In this document: positions 9,713 to 18,700 of the stretch, piece after piece
Layout: each line of letters opens with the position of its first letter
Position numbering within the stretch: the stretch's first letter is position 1
From: Candidatus Latescibacterota bacterium
GTDB lineage: Bacteria; Latescibacterota; UBA2968; GCA-2709665
Length of the DNA stretch: 64,000 nucleotides
Reading direction: 5' to 3'
Assembly (NCBI GenBank): GCA_965222075.1
Contig: OZ244937.1
Span: 2,144,001 to 2,208,000 of the forward strand
The notes under the pieces: generated by a model
Database searches by the model: none
The model's input: the letters and a program-made list of their open reading frames with translations, nothing else
Told to the model about the DNA's origin: nothing
Position numbers and translations under genes: made by a program

Positions 9713-10747
9713 CTACTGTTGTTCGAGTATTTCCTCGGTCAAATCGGTCATATACTGAAGCATCGGCACCATACGAGCATAGGGGATGCGCGTGGGGCCA
9801 ATCACCCCGATAATTCCGGAAACATTGCCCACCCAATAACGCGACGTCAGCAAGCTGCAGTTCTGCAGTTCAGGAGACCAGTGCTCGTTCCCAATCGTAA
9901 TTGCAATCCCTTCAAGGTCCATCCGTTCATCTAAGATCGTAACCATCAACTCCCGTTCCTCAAGCAGGCCAAGCAGCGCAGCCAGCCCTTTCTGATCGCT
10001 GGTGAATTCCGGCTGCAGGAAAAAATTTTTCGCTCCGCCAAAGTGCAGATCGTCCCCGCTGCTGAACTTGAAAAGGGTATCCACGCTATCGGATAGGAGG
10101 CGCAGCAACTTGGGTGACCCGCGCGAGACCGACCGGAGACGCTCCCCGACCGAATCCCGAATCTCTCCCACAGTGAGCCCAAAGAGCCGTTCGTTAATCA
10201 CGCGCTTCGTCTCTTCCAGCTCCGAAGCGCTGATATTCGAGTCGACCTCCATCACCATCGTCTTGATCAGCCCCGACTTGATCGTCAAAACCAGCAACAG
10301 CTTGGATTCAGACAGGTGGACCATTTCCAGACGCTGAAAGATGCCTCGCTCGAACCTGGGCGTAAGCGCCACCCCCAGATTGTGCGAGACGTCTGCAACC
10401 GCTCTGGACACCTGTTCCAGCACGCCCTCAATATTCCCTTCCCAGGCGCGCACCACCATATTGTCGCGAATACGCTGAAGGTCTTTCTCTACCAGCTCTT
10501 CCTGAGCCATCAGCTTATCCACATAATACCGGTAGCCTTTATCCGTAGGCACACGCCCGGCGGACGTATGGGGGTGAGACAGATATCCCTTCTCCTCCAG
10601 ATCGGCCATCGAATTTCGCACGGTCGCCGCGCTGAGCCCAAGCCCCGACTTGGAAACCGTCCTTGAACCAACGGGTTCCCCGGTTGTAACGTAGGTCCGG
10701 ATCAGGGTGTTGAGAATCGCCTCTTCGCGTTGTGACAGTCGATCCAT
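9713..10747 (-). CDS. hrcA: Heat-inducible transcription repressor HrcA
   Basis: EPVGS..SAATVRN.M..LE..GYL..PHTSAGRVPTDKGYR and IGPTR..Y motifs. Confidence 0.95.
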   Translation of the reverse strand: MDRLSQREEAILNTLIRTYVTTGEPVGSRTVSKSGLGLSAATVRNSMADLEEKGYLSHPHTSAGRVPTDKGYRYYVDKLMAQEELVEKDLQRIRDNMVVRAWEGNIEGVLEQVSRAVADVSHNLGVALTPRFERGIFQRLEMVHLSESKLLLVLTIKSGLIKTMVMEVDSNISASELEETKRVINERLFGLTVGEIRDSVGERLRSVSRGSPKLLRLLSDSVDTLFKFSSGDDLHFGGAKNFFLQPEFTSDQKGLAALLGLLEERELMVTILDERMDLEGIAITIGNEHWSPELQNCSLLTSRYWVGNVSGIIGVIGPTRIPYARMVPMLQYMTDLTEEILEQQ

Positions 10748-10897
10748 AGGAAGCCTACCCCCCCGATAAGTAAAAGGACCGGGGGAATGCCCTGAGATAG
10801 AACACCGGCTCTTTTTTGCGCCTTCAATAAAAAGTCCGGGGAGAAGTACGGAAGGGCCGACGGATCCGATGATCAAAACTCGCTTATTTTAGAACTA

Positions 10898-10926
10898 ATG
10901 ATACACGAATACATGGATAATGTCAA
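10898..10926 (-). promoter_or_regulatory. sigma70-type promoter of the hrcA operon
   Basis: TTGACA-17 bp-TATCAT on the minus strand. Confidence 0.7.
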
Positions 10927-10976
10927 GTCTTAATAGGCCCCTCAAAAGCACCCCGACCAACCGGCCGGCTTTTCCG

Positions 10977-11840
10977 TTAGAGCCCGGAGCCGAGGCGTCC
11001 CACCGGCCTGGACAGCACCGCGGGCTTCACCGTTGACCCAAAGGCGCCTGCGAACAGGACGAAGTCGGAGAAGGCGACGAACCCATCCCCGTCAAGGTCG
11101 AACCTGACATCGGTGCTGCCAAAGGCGCCTGCGAACAGGACGAAGTCGGAGAAGGCGACGCGGCCGTCCCCGTCAAAGTCCGGACTTGGTTTTGCAGGCT
11201 CTGCGGCCTCCACTTCAATAAAATTCTCCTCCGTCTTCGTATTGCTGCCGCTCGCATTCGTCGCCGTCAGGGAAACCGTATACATCCCCGGCTGTGCATA
11301 CGTATGCTCGGGATTCTGCTCGGTGCTCGTCTCCCCATCCCCAAAATCCCAGGCCCAGGCGTTGGGATCGTTGGTTGAACTATCTGTAAACGTAACCTTC
11401 AGCGGCGCAGGCCCCCCCCCCGGCTCTGCCTCGAAGTTGGCCACAGGCGCCTGCTGCTGCGGCTGCGGCCTGCTGGCGGCGTTGCCCGGCTGGGTCACCA
11501 ACGAAACATTCCCCGGCGGCGACTGTCCCGACCGCCAGGTTCCGTTCGGATCCTGTAGCTCCTGGCCGTTCGTGAACCCGTCGCCGTCCGAATCCAGAGC
11601 CGCCAGCGCCGCGCCCCAAAACGCCTCATTGCCGCCCGGGCTCACACGGGCCCCCACCGCCAGTCCGAAGGCATTGCGCGCGCTGCCCCCCCCGGTGGTA
11701 TGGCAGGTATTACATCCCGCAACATTGCCGTGTGGCATCATATTCACCCGGAAACCTCGCGCCTCAACCTCTGCAACCTCCCATCCACCCATCAGGGCTG
11801 TCAGGAAAACAACCGCACTCAACGTTTTCCAGCGGGGCAT
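10977..11840 (-). CDS. Secreted protein: CxxCH/temptin-like N-domain, PKD domain, twin EF-hand/dockerin-like tag
   Basis: Signal peptide; GCNTCH; GGG..RN.FG...DSDGDG.TNG.EL.DP; PKD WAWDFGDG...PG.YTV.LT; two DxDGDG repeats. Confidence 0.75.
   Translation of the reverse strand: MPRWKTLSAVVFLTALMGGWEVAEVEARGFRVNMMPHGNVAGCNTCHTTGGGSARNAFGLAVGARVSPGGNEAFWGAALAALDSDGDGFTNGQELQDPNGTWRSGQSPPGNVSLVTQPGNAASRPQPQQQAPVANFEAEPGGGPAPLKVTFTDSSTNDPNAWAWDFGDGETSTEQNPEHTYAQPGMYTVSLTATNASGSNTKTEENFIEVEAAEPAKPSPDFDGDGRVAFSDFVLFAGAFGSTDVRFDLDGDGFVAFSDFVLFAGAFGSTVKPAVLSRPVGRLGSGL
11038..11160. repeat. 42-bp perfect direct repeat (81-bp period) encoding the twin EF-hand units
   Basis: CCAAAGGCGCCTGCGAACAGGACGAAGTCGGAGAAGGCGACG at 11038-11079 and 11119-11160. 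Confidence 0.9.
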
Positions 11841-11953
11841 GGTGTATCCTCCCTCCTTAAAGTTGCCTTGCAGACTGCATGTTCATAATGCTAAGTTTTA
11901 AACCTGCGTAACCTTCACCGACAAAATAAATCAAGATCACTGCCGAGGCAACC

Positions 11954-11982
11954 AAAAAGCCAGCCGGGAGGGGCTGGCTTTT
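11954..11982. terminator. Bidirectional-type hairpin terminator with no adjacent upstream CDS
   Basis: AAAAAGCCAGCC-GGGAGG-GGCTGGCTTTT. Confidence 0.6.
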
Positions 11983-12564
11983 GTCTTATCCGACTCATTG
12001 GTCTGTCCTATTGCCGAAAATTCCATTTTACATTGAACCAGTACAGATGCTGTGCCCAAAACACCCGGAGGGCTTTGCGTGAGATAAAAAATAATATATC
12101 GCAATCTGAGCCCCTGGTCCGCTACCCACTCCTCTGGCCTGCCGCAAGCCACGCGCATACAGGGTTCTGCGATGAAACGTCACCATTGAACCGGGCGCGC
12201 CATCCGGGCTGAGAAGCCTCTCATCCCGGAACCGGGGGCGTCTCACCCTCGACGTAAACCGCGTCCCTCCCGGGGGATGCCATCGGCCCCACGTGGGTTT
12301 CAAGAACGCCTCTCAACCGCCCCCCCGGACCGGGGTCGCAGTTGCCACAACTGTTGCAAAATGCGCCACTCGTTGCAGATTGCAACACGCCCACCCTCGC
12401 CTAAGTTATTGTAAAAAATACGGAAAAACGGATATTAACGCGGATTTTGAGGTTGCATTGGTGGAAAATAATGATTATTTTTTATAATGGATATACCTTG
12501 AAAAAATTATAGGTCGCATCAATACGAAACGAATTGTAATTCAAAGTTCAGCCCGAAGCGATAG

Positions 12565-12684
12565 AAAAAACCGTCGGTTCCCTAACCTGCCAAAGTCGAA
12601 AACCGACGGTCCTGAAAGAAGGTCCACAGCCTGTGTGTCCCCCAGCGCTTTTGTGCTGCGAGACGGGATGCGGCCTTCACTGCA
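12565..12684 (-). ncRNA. Candidate ~120-nt structured small RNA (family not recognised)
   Basis: Bounded by a near-consensus promoter and an ACCGTCGGTT/AACCGACGGT hairpin with a T-tract; internal stems; no convincing ORF. Confidence 0.55.
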
Positions 12685-12689
12685 TACGA

Positions 12690-12718
12690 AATATACAGAA
12701 CCTTTTCTTTTATGTCAA
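12690..12718 (-). promoter_or_regulatory. sigma70-type promoter of the candidate sRNA
   Basis: TTGACA-17 bp-TATATT on the minus strand. Confidence 0.7.
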
Positions 12719-12783
12719 TCGCAACGATCCGGAATCGAAAGCGTATCAACCCGGACTAAGGGATAAAATCTTCCGTCAACGTT

Positions 12784-14875
12784 GACGCATTCGTAAAAAG
12801 TCTTGGTCCGTTTGGGTAACTATAGTGCTCCGTTCGTCGCCCATTCACGTAGAATCGGTTCGAGAGACCCAAGAGGCTTCAGGAAGCCCTTGAGAAGGCT
12901 CCAAAGCGCCGGTTTTCGAGAGAAGATGCGAGCAGAAATCACTTGTGGCGGGGGAAGGTGAGTCTGTGCAGCCTCGTTCATGGTCTTGAGCGCATATTTC
13001 ACCGCTCGCTTGACATTGATCGCCAAGGTCTTAAAGGTGGAGGCCAACTCGACGGCAGGTCGTCCTCGCACGCGCAAATGGCCCAAGCCGTGGTCGTTCT
13101 TGTCATGGGAGATGGTTGCCTCGATGCCTGAGCGGATCTTATAGGCTTTTTTGAAGGCGACGGTTTGCTGTTGGTTTTGGCGGCGGGCGGTGGCCAGCTT
13201 TTCAGGGGTCCAGGTGAGTCGACGTTGGGTCTGATTGAGATGGGTTGGGCAGCGGGAGGCGTGGGGGCACACGTCACACAAAGTCCGATCAAAATAGGCG
13301 CTACGGCCTGTCTGGTCGCGCGTCTCTTGATGGCGAAGCGGCGCTTGCCCTGCCGGGCAAGCCAGCACCTGTTGATTTGTCATATCAAAGGTGAAGTCAG
13401 ACAACGTTTGTGCCTCGGATGCGGGTTTGCTGCCGGGTAAAGGACCCTGCAAATCCACGCCCATCACCTCTGCCTGGACGATGTTTTCCCCACTGATGTA
13501 ATTGCTGTCGGCAAAGGCTATGACCGGCTTGTCGCCTTGTTGCTGAAGGGTCTCCAGCAAAGGGACCGTCGCGTTTTGGTCGCTTTCGTGCGCGCCTTGC
13601 AAGAGCGTGGTCGTGATCACCTGAAAGGGATTGCCCGGCACACATGTCTCGCAAAGTTGGAACTGATAGCCTTTGCCTTTATGCCCGAAGGTGGCGTCAG
13701 GATCAGAAGGACTTTGCAGAGACGTTGGCGCGATCTCTTTGGGATCTCTCAGACGCACAGCCTCATCGCATTGGGGATCACTCTGGGCGGATGTATGCTT
13801 TGTCCAGGGGCCGCACGCATCGGCTCCATCGGCACCATCGGCTGTAGAGGAGACATCAGACGCTTCGGCGGAGACTTCTGCTTTGGCTTCTTTGGGGCCT
13901 TTATGCACCTCGACCGGCTCAGCCTGTGTCTCCTGTTGAGGAGGAACCTCCTCACACTGGTCTTTGAAAACCCGCTTCAAATGACGATACTGCTTGAGCT
14001 TGAAAAGCTTTGGATCGCCTCGAAACTGGTCGATGAGTTCCCACAGATCCCCTGCGCAGGCATCCAACCGACGAGACGCCAACGACGAACGGGTATCTGA
14101 AAAATAACCTTCACGCTCCAGATACCGCTGGTGAAACTTCTTGGGCAACTGAGCCAATACGGAAGCGACTTTCTGATCTTTTTGAGCCATCCGCTTCAAC
14201 TTGAACAGAAACGCCTCGATCGTCTTGACAAAAAGCCCCAAACGCGTCAACTGTTTCATCGCGCTCATCACATGCGTCGAATCCATGCGCTGACGCGAGG
14301 TATCCAACCCAAACCGGTCAATGATCTGACCCGTCAGATGATGAAAAAACCGCTGATGCTTCTGACTCTTCACCATCCGATCTCGAAAATTATGCAGCGT
14401 CTTTTGACAGATTGACGCCTGAGAAAACCCTAACTGAAGCGCATACTGCCACTGCAAATTGAACTGCACCGCCTCCAGGGCCTGCTCATCGGTATAATCG
14501 TGGAACTCCTTAAGGATCAAGATCCCTAACAGCTCTGCCACCGGTTTGTTGGGTGCCCCAAACAAAGGATGGTAAAGGTCAGCAAAGTCGGCTTCGGCTT
14601 CCCAAAGCATGGGAAGGATCTCGCCACGGAAGATCCCAGGCCATCCGCTTTCTAATTGCGCTCGCTTGGCCTGAGGAAGCACGGCTTTTAGGTCATCGTC
14701 ACTGGGCTGTCGGGATTTGGGTCGAAACATTGCGGGTCCTCTTCAGAAAAGATAAACAACTGTCCCCCAACACCTTATAACGTAAACACTGATCCGAATG
14801 AAAATCAAGTAGAATCACCGTAACCACAACCCTTTAAACAACTTAACACCCCAACACTCTTTTTACGAGACCATC
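12784..14875 (-). mobile_element. Insertion sequence, IS1182/IS5-like, apparently intact
   Basis: Imperfect 17-bp TIRs (GACGCATTCGTAAAAAG / GATGGTCTCGTAAAAAG, 13/17); AACGTT duplicated at 12778-12783 and 14876-14881; single transposase inside. Confidence 0.9.
12820..14730 (-). CDS. DDE transposase (IS1182-like)
   Basis: RMDSTH, SPSDPDAT..HK..GY, ADSNY, Cys cluster C..C....C, Y..R.GIE motifs. Confidence 0.9.
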   Translation of the reverse strand: MFRPKSRQPSDDDLKAVLPQAKRAQLESGWPGIFRGEILPMLWEAEADFADLYHPLFGAPNKPVAELLGILILKEFHDYTDEQALEAVQFNLQWQYALQLGFSQASICQKTLHNFRDRMVKSQKHQRFFHHLTGQIIDRFGLDTSRQRMDSTHVMSAMKQLTRLGLFVKTIEAFLFKLKRMAQKDQKVASVLAQLPKKFHQRYLEREGYFSDTRSSLASRRLDACAGDLWELIDQFRGDPKLFKLKQYRHLKRVFKDQCEEVPPQQETQAEPVEVHKGPKEAKAEVSAEASDVSSTADGADGADACGPWTKHTSAQSDPQCDEAVRLRDPKEIAPTSLQSPSDPDATFGHKGKGYQFQLCETCVPGNPFQVITTTLLQGAHESDQNATVPLLETLQQQGDKPVIAFADSNYISGENIVQAEVMGVDLQGPLPGSKPASEAQTLSDFTFDMTNQQVLACPAGQAPLRHQETRDQTGRSAYFDRTLCDVCPHASRCPTHLNQTQRRLTWTPEKLATARRQNQQQTVAFKKAYKIRSGIEATISHDKNDHGLGHLRVRGRPAVELASTFKTLAINVKRAVKYALKTMNEAAQTHLPPPQVISARIFSRKPALWSLLKGFLKPLGSLEPILREWATNGAL

Positions 14876-14921
14876 AACGTTCGCTGATTTTTAGCGGATG
14901 GATCACAGGGGCATCCGCAAG

Positions 14922-14983
14922 ACCTGTCTGCCGTGCCGGGCACCTGCTTGCGCGCTGCGCGCAGGCAAGCGGCACAGGCAGGT
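14922..14983. repeat. Nested palindromic REP-like element
   Basis: Outer arms ACCTGTCTG...CAGGCAGGT enclose the inner hairpin TGCTTGCGCG-CTG-CGCGCAGGCA. Confidence 0.5.
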
Positions 14984-15116
14984 GCGTCAAATTACAGGAC
15001 TGGATGAACAGACGCCACACATATGAAAGATCGGGTCCGGATCAAGAGGCCGGGAGGATATGGCAATGAAGCTCACGAGAAGGTCTGAAGTGGCTCAAGA
15101 CCAAAGGGGGGATAGA

Positions 15117-17858
15117 ATGACATACGAAAGATTCGGCATCTTGATGTTGCTCTTTGCGGCGACCCTATTTGCAGGTTGTTCGTCGAACCAGCCGCCCGAC
15201 GTGCAGGCCGGTCCCGATCAGTCGGTTGACGTCGGGGACAAAGTGACGCTGCGTGGGAGCGCGTCAGATTCGGACGGTCAGATTCGGTCCTATCGTTGGG
15301 AACAGGTAGACGGTTCTCCCGTGTCAATCATCAACGCGGACCAGGCATCCGCATCCTTTGTCGCACCCAGAGTCAAAGGCTCCCAGGTGGCGACGTTTCG
15401 CCTGACCGCGGTAGATGACAAGGATGCGACTGCAACCGATGATGTGGTCGTGACAATAGTGGGTAAGCCAAACCAGCCCCCCAACGCACAGGCCGGTCCC
15501 GATCAGACGGTTGACGCGGGCGAAAGGGTGAGGCTGCGCGGACGTGCGTCGGACCCGGACGGTGTGGTTCGGACCTATCGTTGGGAACAGGTAGACGGTT
15601 CTCCCGTGTCAATCATCAACGCGGACCAGGCATCCGCATCCTTTGTCGCGCCCGAAGTCAAAGGTTCCCAGGTGGCGACGTTTCGCCTGACGGCTACGGA
15701 CGACAACAACGCCACCGCATCCGATGACGTGGTCGTAAAGGTATTGGAATACGGCCGACTGGGAGTTACCCTTTCCGGAACCGTCAAAAACCACTCGACA
15801 TACAAAAGCATTCCGGGGGCATCCATTACCGTGAGCCAATACCACGGCGACATCTCACGAAAAGTGGGCGTAGCCAAAACGAGCAGGGATGGCAGATACT
15901 CGGTTCGGGTGCGCGTCAGTCCGGGCAGGTTGACCGTCAGCGCGAACGCCAAAGGCTTCGCGCCCCAATCCACTATCGTTGACGTATCCGATGGATCCGG
16001 AAGAACGGCTGATCTGGCCATGGTGCCGGTCGATGTCACACAGCCATTCCGACCGGAGAACAATACGGCGATAAAGGTGACGGGTCAGACGGTCGTATCG
16101 CTGTCGGCCAGAGCCCTGGTTACAGACGGCGGTGGTGTCGCGTCCGGCGAGGCGACGGCGATGGTCACCGTGTTGGACGCTTCGAGGGATCCCTCGGTGA
16201 TGCCGGGCGATCTTGAACAGTGGAATGCCGGTTCGGAAGCGGCAGAGCCAATTGAGTCGTTTGGCGCGATGAACGTGGACTTCACGGGAGCAGATGGTAA
16301 GCGCCTGAATCTTGGAGACGGGAAACAGGCGAGGATATCGATTCCCCTGGCCTCGGGACGGCGCCCTGAGGATTCCCCCAAATCAATGCCGTTGTATTAC
16401 TGGTCCGATGCAACGGGTTATTGGGTTGAGGAAGGCACGGCCGTGCTGGAAAAGACCGCAGATGGCAAATGGGCCTATACGGGAAGCGTGGGACATTTTT
16501 CGACGTGGAATGCGGACGTGGCGTATGAGTCGATAACAATGAAGGGATGTGTGCAGGACCGGAGCGGGAAGCCGGTGAAGAATGCAGATGTGACTGCGCG
16601 AGGGAAGGACTACGTGGGGAGTTCCAAAGCAACGACCGATGCCGATGGGCGATTCGAGCTCGAGGCCCGACCGGAATCGGAACTCGAGCTTTTCGCCGCC
16701 GCTGCCGGCCCTGTCTATAGCGACGCGCGGACAATGCGTACCAAGGGCGTTGATCTACCGCTGAGCAAATGCCTCGTCGTCACCGGCGACCAGGGCATCC
16801 GGGACTTTCCAATGAAAATCAAGGGCGCGACGGGGAGCCTCAAGGTTTGCGTCCGGGATCACGAATGCGAAGATGGGGATGAGATCAGCGTCGACGTGGA
16901 AGGGAGGACCATATTCTCCGGAGAAATTGACAATGGCTGGGAGTGCGAAACGCTGGAGGTCCGGGGAGGAGAGAGCTATGCCGTGCAGCTGACGGCCCTC
17001 AACGGTACGGGGTACAAGGGCGACTGCAGCTACGCGGACGCAAACACGGGCGAGATCCGCGTTACCGGAGAGAATACGGAAACGCAGATATGGCGACATC
17101 GCGGCGGCGCCGGGTCGAAAGCGCGAATCATCGTCGAAACAACCAGGCCGCGGTTCCCGATACCGGAGATGGTGGAGATTCCAGCGGGCCGTTTCCGGAT
17201 GGGCTGTGTGTCGGGTAGAGACTGCGGACATGGCGAGAAACCTGTGCATAGTGTGAGGATTGAGTCGTTCGAGATGTCGAAGTACGAGGTGACCTTCGAG
17301 GAGTACGATGCCTTCACGGATGCGACGGGTCGCGAGCGGGTGCGCGACCAGGGTTGGGGCCGTGGCCGACGTCCCATAATCAACGTTTCGTGGCATGATG
17401 CAGTGGCCTATACGCAGTGGCTGTCGTCGCAGACAGGGGAGAGGTATCGCTTGCCGAGCGAGGCTGAGTGGGAATATGCCGCGCGTGCCGGCTCAACGAC
17501 GAAATATAGCTGGGGGAACGACATTGGTCGCAACCGTGCCAATTGCGATGGTTGCGGCAGCCGATGGGACGATGAGAAGACGGCGCCGGTGGGGTCGTTT
17601 AGAGCGAACCGATGGGGCCTTTACGACGTGCACGGGAACGTATGGGAGTGGGTGAAGGACTGCTATAACGACAGTTACAGGGGGGCACCCACAGACGGGT
17701 CGGCGTGGGAAAGCGGCGATTGCTCGCGTCGCGTGTTGCGCGGCGGCTCGTGGGGCAGCCTACCCAGGTACCTCCGCGCCGCGAACCGCTACGGGAGCAC
17801 CACCGACAGCCGGTACGACAGCTACGGTTTCCGTATTGCCCGGACGGTTACCCCTTGA
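15117..17858 (+). CDS. Lipoprotein: two PKD/K319L-like Ig repeats, carboxypeptidase-regulatory-like domains, C-terminal FGE-sulfatase (C-type lectin fold) domain
   Basis: Lipobox FAGC; AGPDQ.V..G..V.L.G repeats; RLPSEAEWEYAARAG, GNVWEW and RVLRGGSW...GFRIAR motifs. Confidence 0.88.
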   Translation: MTYERFGILMLLFAATLFAGCSSNQPPDVQAGPDQSVDVGDKVTLRGSASDSDGQIRSYRWEQVDGSPVSIINADQASASFVAPRVKGSQVATFRLTAVDDKDATATDDVVVTIVGKPNQPPNAQAGPDQTVDAGERVRLRGRASDPDGVVRTYRWEQVDGSPVSIINADQASASFVAPEVKGSQVATFRLTATDDNNATASDDVVVKVLEYGRLGVTLSGTVKNHSTYKSIPGASITVSQYHGDISRKVGVAKTSRDGRYSVRVRVSPGRLTVSANAKGFAPQSTIVDVSDGSGRTADLAMVPVDVTQPFRPENNTAIKVTGQTVVSLSARALVTDGGGVASGEATAMVTVLDASRDPSVMPGDLEQWNAGSEAAEPIESFGAMNVDFTGADGKRLNLGDGKQARISIPLASGRRPEDSPKSMPLYYWSDATGYWVEEGTAVLEKTADGKWAYTGSVGHFSTWNADVAYESITMKGCVQDRSGKPVKNADVTARGKDYVGSSKATTDADGRFELEARPESELELFAAAAGPVYSDARTMRTKGVDLPLSKCLVVTGDQGIRDFPMKIKGATGSLKVCVRDHECEDGDEISVDVEGRTIFSGEIDNGWECETLEVRGGESYAVQLTALNGTGYKGDCSYADANTGEIRVTGENTETQIWRHRGGAGSKARIIVETTRPRFPIPEMVEIPAGRFRMGCVSGRDCGHGEKPVHSVRIESFEMSKYEVTFEEYDAFTDATGRERVRDQGWGRGRRPIINVSWHDAVAYTQWLSSQTGERYRLPSEAEWEYAARAGSTTKYSWGNDIGRNRANCDGCGSRWDDEKTAPVGSFRANRWGLYDVHGNVWEWVKDCYNDSYRGAPTDGSAWESGDCSRRVLRGGSWGSLPRYLRAANRYGSTTDSRYDSYGFRIARTVTP
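15289..15649 (+). repeat. Intragenic duplication with 285-bp period (two Ig/PKD units)
   Basis: An identical ~76-bp block at 15289-15364 and 15574-15649, with similar flanks. Confidence 0.9.
17733..17858 (+). other. Candidate DGR variable repeat (VR) at the 3' end of the lipoprotein gene
   Basis: Codons at variable positions (GGC AGC CTA..TAC..TAC GGG AGC..AGC..TAC GAC AGC TAC) can all be derived from AAC/AAA/AGG by changing adenines only. Confidence 0.5.
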
Positions 17859-18255
17859 ATCTTTACCTCACGGGTTAAAGCGCCCCACAGGTGTTATCGC
17901 CTGCCTGTTACAGATCGCCACACAGTAGTCTCATCTGCACAGGCAAGAGTCAAGATCCCCGAGAATGTCCGAACCATGATTGACACAGCCGTCCTCCACG
18001 CCGCGTCAGTCACAAGCGTAACCCCTCCTGCTGGCTGTTCGGGAATCGTACAGAACCCCTGAGCGCATCCCCCCACCTTTGCTCAGTGAACCAAACGGTC
18101 GGCAACGTCACAACCACCGGCTACTCTCTACCGTTTTCTCTAAAATCAGTTCTATCGGTCATCTCCAGTTCTACTTTCTGCCCAATATACTACATTAAAC
18201 TCGGTCGGAGGGAAAGTTGTCTCACGTTATATTGGCACGTAGGGCTTGACGGTAA

Positions 18256-18504
18256 GCAGATGACGAAAGGACCTCATCATACGGAGGATACTACCTGCAA
18301 CTGGTTGAGCAGGTTGGCCCCCGCCGCTTCGAGGACAGGACCGCACAGTTACTTCATCAGAATGAAGACGAAGAAGCGGATTGGATCGTCTGGATCCGTA
18401 TGTGCGATTGCGATGCCGATGACGACGTGGATATCGTGGTTGACGATGCCGCCAGAAACCTGATCTGGAAGAATGACGGCACCGGCACGTTTCACTCGCG
18501 GTAA
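18256..18504 (+). pseudogene. 3' remnant of an FG-GAP/VCBS repeat protein
   Basis: Startless frame ...GYYLQL..FEDRT...D.DADDDVDIVV...IWKNDGTGTFHSR*. Confidence 0.6.
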
Positions 18505-18517
18505 GCGCGGAACCCGA
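18470..18517 (+). repeat. 48-bp direct repeat, copy 1 (copy 2 at 21235-21282)
   Basis: AGAATGACGGCACCGGCACGTTTCACYCGCGGTAAGCGCGGAASCCGA, 2 mismatches between copies. Confidence 0.9.
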
Positions 18518-18700
18518 ACACGGACCGGGTGGGGCAGTGGCGAACTGACTGAAATTACCACGGTTTTGCCGCCGCTCGACAAGGCTCCGGACGAGTTAGC
18601 GCTTCGACGTCCGAGTGTTTCACTCGAGGAAGACGGGGAGGATAAATCTTGCAGGAACGAGACACAGGAAATTCATCCGTTTGGTCACTCGGAGGAATTC

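Noticed and set aside
12042-12060. sigma54 promoter GGCACAGCATCTGT on the minus strand
   Set aside because: The -12 dinucleotide is GT rather than the near-invariant GC; too weak to call.
17859-18255. Possible DGR template repeat next to the candidate VR
   Set aside because: No AAC-rich copy of 17733-17858 seen here or elsewhere in the window.
18086-18463. 125-aa ORF in the track
   Set aside because: No motif; the coding signal lies in another frame (FG-GAP remnant).
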